Shown piece by piece: positions 1-13,213 of a DNA stretch of 64,000 bases. Position 1 is the first letter of the stretch. Every line of letters starts with the position of its first letter. A model generated the notes under the pieces. That model saw nothing but the letters and a program-made list of their open reading frames with translations. It searched no databases and had not been told where the DNA came from. Both the position numbers and the translations under genes were made by a program. The stretch covers positions 42,842,001 through 42,906,000 of the forward strand of contig OX597820.1 of NCBI GenBank assembly GCA_951406725.2, written 5' to 3'. Origin of the DNA: Octopus vulgaris (Eukaryota).

Positions 1-67
1 CTCTGCTTTGAGTCCTGAGCTTCTCAGCCATTCTTGTGATTTTGCTTTGTCTATTCCTTTTGCGTTT
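1..67 (-). mobile_element. R4/Dong-like non-LTR retrotransposon fragment, 5'-truncated, running off the window start
   Basis: Minus strand reads NAKGIDKAKSQEWLRSSGLKAE, matching the WL..G.LK.ETE region before the CCHC motif of R4-clade proteins. Abuts (TTA)n. Confidence 0.7.
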
Positions 68-95
68 TATTATCATTATTATTATTATTATTATT

Positions 96-221
96 CAGTA
101 GTTTTATTTTTATAGCGTGCTTTCACTTCACTACCGAGCGCAGCTCTGTGTGCCTTGGGCATGTGCTGTGAGTTGTTGTGATGCTCTGATGGTTATTGTA
201 TGGAAAGTGTTCTGCGTAGGA
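96..221 (-). mobile_element. R4/Dong-like element 3' end (subfamily 1)
   Basis: Reads ILRRTLSIQ* plus a 3' UTR ending in (TAA)n. Near-identical to part of 12070-12265. Confidence 0.75.
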
Positions 222-261
<40 letters not shown>

Positions 262-263
<2 letters not shown>

Positions 264-563
264 ATGTTTGACTTTTGCATTGTTTTTGTACAAGTTGGCT
301 CCAAGTCTCACCCAGACACCTCAAGAGGCAACATGTTAGAAGTTCAAGTTGGCGTTATACCTAGGGTGTTATTTATTTGTTTTTGCACAAAGCATTGTTG
401 AGAATGTTTAAGAAATCATAAGAAAATTATAAGCTTGTTTTAAAATTTGAGATTAGATAGACAGTATTTTACGTAGGATATGGATAGTTCCCATGAGCCC
501 TATCTTTTGAATTTCTGCCACTTGGGAGTTTTCTGTTAGCTGATCTAAGTAGAAATCAGCCCC
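262..563 (-). mobile_element. R4/Dong-like element 3' end (subfamily 2)
   Basis: Reads ADFYLDQLTENSQVAEIQKIGLMGTIHILRKILSI*, the QK..L.GT..ILR C-terminal motif, plus about 190 bp of 3' UTR ending in (TAA)n. Confidence 0.75.
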
Positions 564-592
564 ATAATAATAATAATAATAATAATAACAAC

Positions 593-641
<49 letters not shown>

Positions 642-650
642 ATAATTCTT

Positions 651-733
<83 letters not shown>

Positions 734-738
734 CATCA

Positions 739-790
<52 letters not shown>

Positions 791-795
791 CATCA

Positions 796-838
<43 letters not shown>

Positions 839-847
839 CATTATTAC

Positions 848-895
<48 letters not shown>

Positions 896-915
896 CATCA
901 TCATCTTCATCATCA
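564..915. repeat. Compound trinucleotide microsatellite (TAA/TCT/TAT/CAT)n
   Basis: Directly visible. Confidence 0.95.
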
Positions 916-1398
916 TGAAGTAATGAACATACATTATGATTATTTTAATTTTGGATTTCGACCGAACAGTATTTGATCTAACCGGCAATGATCTCGATGG
1001 AAGCGCACATGTATGACCACAGTCTAATTAATGACTAAAAGTTCTATAGCATTACAAATCATCTACCTATATGTAGTACTGATATTTTAAGCTTTTCTCG
1101 TTTAATATTTATGTACACACAATTAAATATTATCGAAACTCTCTAAATAATCAATGTGTGTGTGTGCGTGCGCGTGCCTGCGTGTGCGTGTGTCTTTGTA
1201 TGAATGAGGAATGGTCATACTCAAAGACAGCTTGTAGCCATCCGTACTGAATATAGTTGTATTATTGAGAATATGAATGGGTAAATTGTTACAGCGCTTA
1301 AGTGGCAGCTGGCTATATTACATATGTTCTATTACATAATTGGATGTTTCCTGCTTTTGATTTAACTGAGAACAGTTTAAGATTCGGTTGGTAATTTT

Positions 1399-1880
<482 letters not shown>

Positions 1881-3628
1881 ATTAATCGATTCCGTTTCGG
1901 GTGAGGAGTACTTGCGTAGCATATTCTTCAGACACAGCCCTACCATACTTTTTCTCTCATTCTCTAATATACACACACATGGAGACGTTTTATATATAGA
2001 TACCCCTGAAAAATTCTTACATACATGAGGCGATATGTCAAGCTGATTTTCATTGCGGTTTCCACTCAAAAATTGATCAGATGTTTATGCCCGTCGTAGA
2101 TAACATAAGCTTATCTTATATTATTACCTTACATAGTAGGTAGCAATTGGTTCCATCTAATCAGGACTCGTAATTGCGTGGGCAATTTGTAACAAGAGTA
2201 CTCTAATTTCCATTTCTTTCTCGTCGAATACATATACGCCGTTTCATGTAGTCTCTTATATTTCCTGTCAAACGAACACACATCCGCACGCAGATTCAGG
2301 TATGTTATATTAGAAGAGTGACAAAACTTTGCTGTTATTTCATTGTTGCATTTTTCTGAGACCAGTTATGACACAATTGTTCGTTTTAGTTTTGTTAAAT
2401 AAAATACTTTGCTTTTTTTCCTCTAAGAAAAGACCCATTTATCATTGTCTTTCATTGAATGTCAATCTTTAAGTCTCAATTCCCTTCAGTAACTTTCATT
2501 TGATAAAATTAAAACTAAAAGTTTATATATTTACTTTATTAACGTTTAGATATTTTTCAAGAAAAAAATTTTAAAAGATACTTAAACATGATGTCGTTTG
2601 GAATATATGTTGCAGGGTAGGTGAGGGGCTTCCACAATAATGATGACGACCTTTCTTACTCAGAGGAATATAAATAAAATATCATGACAAAATAAATAAA
2701 TAACTAAATAGAATTTCGAATCAAAAGCACAAACAAATTTAAATCAAAACGTCTGAGGAATGTCGAGACTGACAATACAAAGAAAAGAATGAAAAAAAAC
2801 AACATTAACACTATATACAATATGAAAATGAAAAATTACAGAAGCATCTTTAGCTTGATCGATGTCAGTCGATAACAGCAATAGAGGCAACGACACAGGC
2901 ATCATCAAATCGACGATTGCTTCGTCAAGATCCTCGGGATCAGGGAAAGTTTGCTTCAGGAACTTCCTCAAGGAAAACGGATATTAGACAATGTATATCA
3001 GCAAGCAAACGGCGTCCAATATCAATACAGCTTTTAAAAGAGGAGATATAGTTTTTTAAGTACAAGGCCGTGTTCAAAACGCTTCCATAGACGTATTTCA
3101 AAGAGGTTGTGTCCAACGCATAGCAGGCCTCCTGTTACACATCGGAAAGAAGATCTGCGAAATGAGAAGTTCGTGCAATAAGCGTGTATTGGGATATGTG
3201 CGTACAAATGGCAAAAGAAACTGACGCCTATCTCCAAATCCAAATTATTGGTGGTCCTGTAAAGATTTGTAAGACGTTCCAAAGTGTCACCATATCTTAT
3301 TCTGTATGTAAATAGATGCACACACGAACTAAAAAAAAAAAAACACTCAAAGCAAAACATGCATACATACAGATATATGAATACACAGAAAGATGCACCC
3401 ACACATGCGTGCCTGTATGTTGGGTATATATCTATGGCGTGTGGATTAGGGGTTAGTGTGCTGCACACAGGCTCGCCAGATCGTTGTTTGGATTCACACA
3501 CCAGGTGGTGGATTATGTTCTAGAGCATAAAACTCAATTTCAGATTGCTCATCGGTCGTCTACTTCATCGATCATCTACGACTGGCGAGTCTAATGCGTG
3601 TGTGTGCCCGTGTATGTGTGTGTGTGCG

Positions 3629-3703
<75 letters not shown>

Positions 3704-4277
3704 GTGTAATACAGACGTTTAAAATTTACAACTGTTAGGGTAGTATTTTATTTGGTTAATGCAATCATTAAAGAATGCATCATAATATAAAATCCACCAT
3801 CATCAGGTAAAAGTTTAACCAGGTAAGATAATATATTTTAGACAAGTAAGATTGTAAGCATCGACCTGAACATAATCAACATTCGTTCAACTAGTGATTC
3901 ATTTAAGTTTTACATTCGAATATGTATGTGTACGATAATTAGATGGTGCGGTGTAAAACAGGAAAATGATAAGAGACACACACCATATATACGTACAATC
4001 TAAATTCTCGTATTTAAATTAGTTTAAGGTTTAACAATGACGCCAAATATCAAGTAATCAGGGAACAAAATGTTGACATGGGTCGTAAGGAAAAAGTCAT
4101 CGAGACCTTAGCGGATGTATTGTCAGTTAGAGGCAAGATGTCATTCAGTTCAACGATCAATGACATCAGACACGAAATATCTCAACATTCACCTATTCTC
4201 ATTTACACGTATATACAATAAGTAAAGAGTCAATTACATATATGTATATGCACATGTACAATCACACGCACAAGATT

Positions 4278-4320
<43 letters not shown>

Positions 4321-4349
4321 CACACACACATGTATGTGTCTGTGTGCGT

Positions 4350-4525
4350 TTAACCCCCCCTTCATTTAACAACTGATGTTGGTGTGTTTACGTCAACGTA
4401 ATCTAGCGGTCCGGCAAAAGAGAGCGATGGAATAAGTACTATGCTTGGGGTACATTTGTTCGACTAAAGGCGGTACTCTAGCATGGCCGCAGTCAAATGA
4501 CTGAAACAAGTAAAAGAATAAAAGA

Positions 4526-4528
<3 letters not shown>
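4350..4528 (+). mobile_element. SINE family B 3' half
   Basis: GGCCGCAGTCAAATGACTGAAACAAGTAAAAGAATAAAAGA tail. Confidence 0.75.
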
Positions 4529-4562
<34 letters not shown>

Positions 4563-4566
<4 letters not shown>

Positions 4567-4754
4567 CAACAATTGAGGGTAAAATTAATTAATTAATCAA
4601 TTTCACCAAGTGTTTAGTATGTAAAAGGACCATTTAAGGCGAATTCAAAATTTTACATTATATAATTAGGGCTTAGTAAAATAAATTACTTTGCCACATA
4701 CTGAACTTAGTAGAAATAGCAGCCAAAAAAAATTTTCTTAGCATTTCTACAACT

Positions 4755-4756
<2 letters not shown>
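4563..4756 (+). repeat. (TA)n-embedded dispersed repeat, related to 17445-17558 and segment B of the 8.8 kb fold-back
   Basis: GAGGGTAAAATTAATT..TCAATTTCACCAAG..GTATGTAAAAGGACCATTTAAGGCG recurs reverse-complemented at 17445-17558. Confidence 0.7.
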
Positions 4757-4788
<32 letters not shown>

Positions 4789-5005
4789 TTATATATATGT
4801 ATATGTATGTATATGCATGTATATATATACATATATATATATACATGTATATACATACATATATATATATATATATACATACACATGTATATACATATTT
4901 ATATATATATATATACGCACATACATATATTCATTTACATGTGTACACAGACACACGACATACAATCAAAAACACACATATATTTATATATATAAATATA
5001 CATGC

Positions 5006-5036
<31 letters not shown>

Positions 5037-5251
5037 CATACACATATATACACATTTATGTGTATATATGCACAAACATATTCTTATACAAATATATACA
5101 CACAGTTATGGATATAAACTTATATATGATTTAAATACAAGGAGTATATATGTAAAGAGAAACTTTAGGGCAATATATTTATGTATACATATGTGTACGT
5201 AAATATGTGTGTGTATGTGGGTGTAAGTATTCGCGCGCGTACACACATACG

Positions 5252-5357
<106 letters not shown>

Positions 5358-5825
5358 TCGAAAAAGATGAAAGAGGCAGATTGAGAAGACGAGGAGAGGG
5401 AACAATGATAATTTGACATTGTATAATGAATATATTTCTAAATTTTAATTATCATTTTCAACCAATTATATGTACTAATATATGTATAATTAACGGGAAA
5501 TACGTACAGTCAAGTAAGTGCGTATGTATATGTTAGTGTGCTTGATTGCATCTGTTTGTTTATATGTGTATGTATGTGTCTGCACGTGTGTGTGCGTGTG
5601 TGTGCGCATATATGTATGTGCGTATGTAAGTACAAAATTACTGCCAATTCCAGTCCATAATGAATGAAGTGGATATTCCACAATGTCAGACATTCGTATA
5701 GTATTAAACGTGTGGATATACGGATATATCTACAAATATATACATTTATATATGCATATATATAAATAAATAAGTACATATATATGCATGGTATGTATAT
5801 ATATCTATATATGCCTGTGTGTATG

Positions 5826-6092
5826 TTAGTTAGTTAGTTAGTTAATTTTTTGGCTCAAAAAGCAAAAAGGAAGGCCATGTAGGGGGACATGGAGTTATGT
5901 ACAGGGTGGTGTTCATGTAAAGAGTTCAGGCCACTTGTGGTCAAGGGAGACTTTGAACCGAGCGGTCGTCGGCATCTTCACTATCTCGTCCGGCAGCTTA
6001 TTCCATGGATCCGCAACCCGGACGGAGAAAGCCCCTCTCCTTCGATTGAGATGAAATCGTCGCAGATAGAGCTTTTCGGAATGACCCCGCAT
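5826..6092 (-). mobile_element. CR1-clade LINE 3' end
   Basis: MRGHSEKL..RRGAFSVRVADPWNKLPDEIV..FKVSLD C-terminal motif and a (TAAC)n tail. Confidence 0.8.
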
Positions 6093-6101
6093 GTATGTAT
6101 A

Positions 6102-7357
6102 CAGGGGTTGGACAAAATAATGGAAACGCCTTAAAATTTCAAGCAAATATATTTTACTATGGGATAGGACCAGCTTTGGCAGTAATTACGGCTTGAATTC
6201 TACGAGGCATGGACTCGTACAAAGTTTAAATTGTTTCCAAAGGAATTGTTGTCCATTGTTCAGCTAAAACTGTCTCCAGCTGTTGTAGGGATGATGGTGG
6301 AGGGTATCGACTCCTTACTTGCTTTTCTAAAATGCACCATAAATGTTAAATAATATTGAACTCCAAGGTCTGGGGAGGCCAGATAAGATGTTCAACTTCA
6401 CTAGAATGTTCCTCGTGCCATTCAGTAATAAATTTAGTTATGTGAATTGGTGCATTATCATACTGAAATATTGCGTTTTCCTCCCGAAACAGTTCCGCAA
6501 TCATAGGATGAATTTGATAAGATAGAATGCTTGAATAGTCTTCGCTATTAATTCTACCACGAAGGGAAACCATTGAGCTGACGGAGTTCTAAGATATACC
6601 CCCCCCACCACCACCACCACCGATCATCGCAGATCCGCCTCGATGTTTAACAGTTGGAAGAAGGCAGTCTTGGTCAAATGCTTCTTTTGGCTGTCTCCAC
6701 ACATATGGTGGTTGGAAATAAGGAAAAGGATAACTCATCTGGGAAAATAACATCTTCCCACTGCTCTAGGGACCAATTCTGTAGGTTTTTGCTCCACTCT
6801 AAACGATTTGCAACGTTTATTTTTGAAAGTAGTGATTTTCTGATTGCAGGTGCAGGTCCCGGCGCGAACAGTTTTTGTGGAAACTGGGTTTTCGCGGTGG
6901 TCATTCAGCTCAGCAGTAATTTTGGGAGCTATACTTATGTGATCCTTTCTAACAATTCGCGTAAGAGTCTGACGTTCCCTATCTAAAAGTTTTGGTTTTC
7001 TTCCGGAGTTTTGTTTCGACGAGGAGGTTTTTCCCTCTTTCTCAAAAGCTGTCATTACTTTCAAGACAGTAATTCTTTATATACCAAACATGTAAGCTGC
7101 TTTCCTTACGCTAGCGCCTGCTATACGAGCACCAACAAATTAACCTCTTTAAAAGTCCGACATATCTGTGATTTTAATGAATTTTCATTACATTTTTCTA
7201 ATGATATCTGAAAAGAAACAGCAATTTTAACAAAACCTATTAGGCAACACTAATAATAAATCAAAAAACATAAAAATAAAAAAGTTTTTGACAGTTTTAT
7301 AAATATTTTAAAGTTATGATGCTATGATGCTAGGTGTTTCCATTATTTTGTCCACCC
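6102..7357 (-). mobile_element. Tc1-family DNA transposon with decayed transposase
   Basis: TIR CAGGGGTTGGACAAAATAATGGAAAC at 6102 (after TA) and its complement near 7332-7357. Frameshifted transposase: SGRKPKL, WEDVIFPDE, FQYDNAPIH, WPPQT. Confidence 0.9.
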
Positions 7358-7644
7358 GCCTCTCTCTCTGTCTATATATATCTGTCTATATATATATATG
7401 TATAAATATATGAATGTATATATATATATATGTGTGTGTGTGTGCATATATGCATGCCCATACCTAAATATGAAGTACATACGGACGCATAAATATATGA
7501 GTAGGCAGATACATACTTACATACAGGCATGCAAAGAACATTATATGAATACATACACGAAAGAAAAAAAATGTATTAAATCACTCTTTCAGTTAGTGTG
7601 TACGTTTGATTCCAATATTATTATTCTTATCGTTATTACCGTTA

Positions 7645-7990
7645 TTTTTACCTCCGCCTTAGTGACGGCGGAGGTATCGTCTTCAGTCGTCTTTGTTTGT
7701 ATGACAGTGGGCAAGATATCTTAAAATCCGCTGGATTGATTCGGATGAAACTATCAGGGACGTTTGGCCTCGTGACTGGCACGAACTGATTAGATTTTGG
7801 AATCGATCCGGTACCGGACAAGGATTGTGGATTATTTTTCCGGTTATTTTACACAATTTTTGAGCACTGTTGGGTTCATTCTTATTATTCTCCTTTGAAA
7901 GCGCAGTCGAATTTATTTCAGATATTTTCATTTTAAAAATCGTCTCTGGCTAATCGTTGAAAAGATGTTGCGTTATTCTACTTCGTGTTA
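7645..7990 (+). mobile_element. HINE/DINE-1-like (Helentron-associated) non-autonomous element, partial
   Basis: T-run followed by palindrome TACCTCCGCC-N8-GGCGGAGGTA, then TTTGTTTGT and GATT..GATGAAACT..TTAGATTTTGG..GATCCGG blocks. Confidence 0.55.
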
Positions 7991-8092
7991 AAATAGGAAT
8001 ATCAGATAATCAAAAGTCTATTATTTAATATATTCCACGCTGATGAGTTTCAATGTATTGGAACATGATCGTAGTTGTCGCACACCTTCAAG

Positions 8093-8420
8093 TGTCTGTG
8101 TCGTAAGAAGTTTACCTTCCATCCACACGATTTCGGGCTCAATTCCACTCTGTGGTACCATGGAAAAGGGTCTTCTTCTGTAGCCACGGGACGACAAAGT
8201 CCTTGTGAGTGAATTTATTAAGCGGAAACAGGAAAAACCTCGTTGTATGTGTACAAGTGTATGTGTGTGTGCGCGCGCTTGTGTACTTGTGTGCGTGTTT
8301 GTGTGTGTGCATGTCTCTGTGTTTGTGCTTTTCAACGTATCAGGCTTTAAGAAATAATGATACGTACTGGGCTGTATCTGTTCGACTAAAACCTTTCATG
8401 GCGATGTCCCTGCCTGGTTG
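8093..8420 (+). mobile_element. SINE family B, degenerate
   Basis: Head homology (AAAGTCCTTGTGAGTGAATTT..CGGAAAC) and an internal TG tract. Confidence 0.55.
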
Positions 8421-8507
8421 CATGCACTTCAGATAGGAGATAAACCTTAGAAGATAACGCTCTGAGAGAAACTAAGAATCTCTAGAATTTACCAGCATCT
8501 TTGTGTG

Positions 8508-8732
8508 TGAAGGCGCGTGGCTTAGTGGTTAGGGTGTTGGACTCATGATCATACGATTGTAGTTTCGATTCCTGGACCGGTCAACGCGTTGTGTTCTTGA
8601 GCAAAACACTTCATTTCACGTTGCTCCAGTCCACTCAGCTGACAGAAATGAGTAATCCTACGACGGACCGGCATCCCGTCCAGGTGGGGAACTTACAGGC
8701 CGTGGAAACAGGGAAATCGGCCCTTATGAGAT
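8508..8732 (+). mobile_element. SINE family C (tRNA-derived head)
   Basis: A-box TGGCTTAGTGG, B-box-like GTTTCGATTCC, TGTTCTTGAGCAAAACACTT core. Further copies at 16028, 28790 and 59445. Confidence 0.8.
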
Positions 8733-8760
8733 TTGAGTTTGTAAAATTGTTTTTTCTGCT

Positions 8761-8849
<89 letters not shown>

Positions 8850-9004
8850 TTGTAGGGCTGGCCTGCTAGGTAGCCGGCCGAATGCTAGAAGAAGACCATC
8901 AACGATCAAACTACAAGGGAAATTCTCTAGAGGAAGAATTCAGCGAACACCAGAACAAAATTTGGCGGGCAGGACATATGAAAATTTAAATAAAAAACAG
9001 ACTT

Positions 9005-9083
9005 AAATGCATACCTAGGTTTCGGTCTTTAACAAAAGAATTACTTGCATAATTCAAATGTCCGTGACTTCTTCAGTACATTC
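9005..9083 (-). ncRNA. Type I hammerhead ribozyme (mirror copy)
   Basis: Reverse complement of 9561-9639. Confidence 0.75.
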
Positions 9084-9560
9084 GGTCATCGAGATGTAAA
9101 CAGAAAAACTAACCCCAGCTCTCTGTGTCAGGACAGGCACGTACTTAGTTCTACTGATTACATCGGGAATAAAATTTCAAATGTCTTGGTTCTGGCGCGC
9201 TAAGGAATTCTTGAAGCGAAGGGGCTGCAGTGAATAATTCACTGCGGATATTGCTTACAACTAGGGAACGTATTTATTTAAATATTTAAATATTGAGGGA
9301 TATAAATTAATATTAATTTTAATATCAATTTAAAACCAGTAGTCTAGCATTCAAAAATCTGAGGAGTCAGAGAAAATTCAAAGTTGTAAGCAATATCCGC
9401 AGTGAATTATTCACTGCAGCCCCTTCGCTTCAAGAATTCCTTAGCGCGCCAGAACCAAGACATTTGAAATTTTATTCCCGATGTAATCAGTAGAACTAAG
9501 CACGTGTCTGTCCTGACACAGAGAGCTGGGGTTAGTTTTTCTGTTTACATCTCGATGACC

Positions 9561-9639
9561 GAATGTACTGAAGAAGTCACGGACATTTGAATTATGCAAG
9601 TAATTCTTTTGTTAAAGACCGAAACCTAGGTATGCATTT
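9561..9639 (+). ncRNA. Type I hammerhead ribozyme
   Basis: Stem I GAATGTA/TGCATTT; CTGAAGA 9568-9574; stem II GTC..GAC with inner GAATTA/TAATTC; GAAA 9621-9624; palindromic stem III ACCTAGGT; GUA cleavage triplet ending at 9632. Confidence 0.75.
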
Positions 9640-9901
9640 AAGTCTGTTTTTTATTTAAATTTTCATATGTCCTGCCCGCCAAATTTGGTTCTGGTGTTCG
9701 CTGAATTCTTTCTCTAGAGAATTTCCCTTGTAGTTTGATCGTTGATGGTCTTCTTCTAGCATTCGGCCGGCTACCTAGCAGGCCATCCCTGCCAATATAC
9801 ACATATATTTGAATTTTCTCTGACTCCTCAGATTTTTGAATGCTAGACTACTGGTTTTAAATTGATATTAAAATTTATATTAATTTATCTCCCTCAATAT
9901 T

Positions 9902-10000
<99 letters not shown>

Positions 10001-10011
10001 ATACACATACA

Positions 10012-10087
<76 letters not shown>

Positions 10088-10430
10088 TATATGTGTGTGG
10101 GTGTGGGTGTGGGTGGGTGTGCGTCTTAGTGTTGGTGTATCTCACCGCCATTGTTTAACAACGGGCATGGATTGGTTACGAGCACACAACTTAGCAGTAG
10201 TACAAAGAGAACAATAGAATAAGTACCGAACTATAAGAACTTAAATAAGGGTGTCCATGTGTTCCTCTAGAAATTGGTCATGACGGTGACCAAGCCTATC
10301 CCGATTCCAGTAACTGGAACAAGTGGATCTGAGATAAACAGCACAGATTTATGAACGCAATTGATGTTGCACTACATGCTGAATAAACAAACCGTGAGGC
10401 CACATTTGTGACACGTTTATGACACGTTTA

Positions 10431-10461
10431 CTGATGAGTCTCTTAGAAGACGAAGCTGATC
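10431..10461 (+). ncRNA. Degenerate minimal hammerhead motif
   Basis: CTGATGA-GTCT-cttaga-AGAC-GAAG-CTGATC. GAAA is mutated and stem I is unclear. Confidence 0.4.
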
Positions 10462-10786
10462 AGGGGTTGTGTAAAGAAAAACAACATTTCTTCGTCATTG
10501 CTAGGCGCATAAATAAACCTTATGTCCAAAAGAGAGCGCGGGCTGGATCTAAGTTATTGTAAACTAAAAAAAATTAAAAAAAAGTGAGAGAGAAAAAAAA
10601 GAGAGAGGGAAATGAAAAAAGAGTAAAAACACCTTTTAACAGGGTTGATGAATAAGTCTTCCTTCGAGTGCTATTAAGGTAATGGACCAAATAATTGTTT
10701 GAAGTCGTAATATTCTAATAAAACTTTCGTTGTTCAGGATTGGTTCGGTGCGTCTTCTAGTTCCTTGCTCTCACATTCCGTCGTTT

Positions 10787-10867
<81 letters not shown>

Positions 10868-11086
10868 TCCTCTCTCACTTTATCTCTCAATCTATTCATT
10901 TATGTGTGTGTCCAAACATTAACGTACGCACACACACATACATATATATATGTGTATATGTATATATCTATACATATATGTGTACGTGCGTCTCTCTGTG
11001 TGTGTATATACACGCGTATATACATATATGTATATATATATTAATGATATAAAAGTTATTTTCTTTAACTCTATTTGTCATCAACA

Positions 11087-11130
<44 letters not shown>

Positions 11131-11389
11131 ATGCGTGTGTGCGTGCACATATATGCAAATATTTGTGTGTATGTGTGTTTCTATGCATGTATGTGCTTGT
11201 GTGCGTGTGTGTGTGTGTGTGTTTGCCCTTTCACCAAAGCTTTCTTTAGGTCGGCTGCACTGCCTTCATGCCTTCAGCTCCTGCGTGATAAAATATGTTT
11301 CACTGCGGTTACGTAACCGATGTTTGACCTTGATCGCTGCAGTTTTCTTTCCTGTGTTACAGAGTAAACATGTCCTCTCCGCTGGAAGT

Positions 11390-12013
11390 GTGCACCAAGG
11401 AAGAACAGAGATCAATGATATCTCCGGTCTGAAAGTGTATTGCGTGCTGAAAGCCATCGCAAGCTTTCAGTAATATAGGGGGACAGTGCTCTACTCCGTA
11501 GAAATATATATGAGTAGATTGAGAAGATGGAAAATGGCCGGGCTTCCATGAAGCACGCTATGAGAGATCAAGATGCTCATCAGCCTCAACCACTGACGTG
11601 ATGATTCAACTAGCTTGAGAAATGCTTCTGGCGAATCAACATGAGAATTTCTATGAGATGGCATATTCTCTGCTCATAAGTCATGATTCTGTATACGATC
11701 CAAGACAAGCTTTGCTTTCGTAAAGTCTGTGCGAGCTGAATGCCAAAAGAGCTTACTGCGGTGCATAAACGCAGTCTTGTGGAAATCTATCAACGCTTAC
11801 TCGACCGCTACTGCGACGAAAGCTTAGCTTTTCTGGAAAGAATTCTAACAGTTGTAATAGGGATCCATCAGCTTGAGCCAGAATCCAGCAGGCAGTGTAT
11901 GCAATAGAAATAGACAGAATCGCCAGCGCAAAAGAAGTTTAAGACTCAACCTTCAACAGGAAAAAGTGATGTGAACCGCTTATCGGGGGCAAAAAGATCT
12001 GCATTTATTATTA

Positions 12014-12072
<59 letters not shown>

Positions 12073-12264
12073 TAGTTTTATTTTTATAGCATGCTTTCAC
12101 TTCACTACCGAGCGCAGCTCTGTGTGCCTTGGATATGTGCTGTGATTTGTTGTGATGCTCTGATGGTTATTGTATGGAAAGTGTTCTGCGTAGGATGTGT
12201 GCAGTGCCTAGTAGTGCAATTTTCTGTATGTTATATGTGTTTGTAAGTCCTGTGTTTGTAAGTC

Positions 12265-12358
<94 letters not shown>

Positions 12359-12767
12359 CGATTAATTAATTAATTGAGTGCCATTTCCAAGTAAGTTTAT
12401 TTCACCTGGAAAAGAAGTCGACAGTCACCGGTGCAGGCTACAGGGAAATGCTGGCCAAGAAACGCCGAAGTTTTTTTTATGAAAGCAAGTCTTTATAGTT
12501 GCCCACATCTTAGAAGCCATTCACAAATTGGGTTCTGAGTTACTGGAAGATTCTGCATAATGTCCAGATCTTGCTCATTCCGTCTATGAACTTTTTGGAT
12601 CTCTCAGACGAGGTCATCAATTTGCTGTTGACGAGGAGCGCAAGAAGTAGTGCACTGAAAGGCAAGATTATGTTAAAAGACGATGTAAAATTTTTCAACC
12701 TCCGGATTTGTTGTGATAAATGACAGAAACAAAGGCGCGTATAAATTTTTCACTCAACCCCCGGATA
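11390..12767 (+). mobile_element. mariner-family transposon relic, interrupted by (TAA)n and an R4 fragment
   Basis: QDKLCFRKVCAS*MPKELT (WVP motif), EPESSRQCMQ, KKFKTQPSTGK, CPDLAHS (YSPDLAP motif), TIR-like end near 12745-12767. Confidence 0.8.
12070..12265 (-). mobile_element. R4/Dong-like element 3' end (subfamily 1) in (TAA)n
   Basis: GLTNTYNIQKIALLGTAHILRRTLSIQ*. A 15 bp duplication TGTGTTTGTAAGTCC lies at its 5' junction. Confidence 0.8.
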
Positions 12768-12797
12768 TGTTTGTGTGTGTGTAAGTGTGTATGTCTG

Positions 12798-12799
<2 letters not shown>

Positions 12800-12873
<74 letters not shown>
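12800..12873. repeat. (TAG)n microsatellite
   Basis: Directly visible. Confidence 0.95.
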
Positions 12874-12963
12874 AAAATGGAAACACCTATTTCAGGGATA
12901 CACGAAACCATAATGATGAAATGCGCGTAAGAACTTGAACATAAGCTTGTATTATCCATATTT

Positions 12964-13002
<39 letters not shown>

Positions 13003-13006
<4 letters not shown>

Positions 13007-13130
13007 ACTCACATTATTGTTGAATGCTCAAAATGAGGAGTAGATAGACAGCCGACAACTGATGAAGGGTCATTTCTCTGTTTACTTGTCCTGTTTTCCA
13101 TTTTTTCTCTCGTTTACGTCCTATACCCAT
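13003..13130 (+). repeat. Dispersed repeat with GACAACTGATGAAGGGTC motif (copy 1)
   Basis: Homologous to 13660-13840 (+) and 21775-21940 (-). Confidence 0.7.
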
Positions 13131-13137
13131 ATATGCA

Positions 13138-13213
<76 letters not shown>

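Larger units (their letters stand above)
8836..9908. mobile_element. Interleaved fold-back element A-B-A'-B' in (TA)n, probably Penelope-like pLTR derived
   Basis: A 8836-9262 is the reverse complement of A' 9382-9808 (about 8 substitutions by eye). B 9282-9382 is the reverse complement of B' 9808-9908. Confidence 0.85.

Noticed and set aside
1885-1940. Minus-strand CTGAAGA...CGAAAC spacing resembling a hammerhead
   Set aside because: No convincing stem I or stem II closure.
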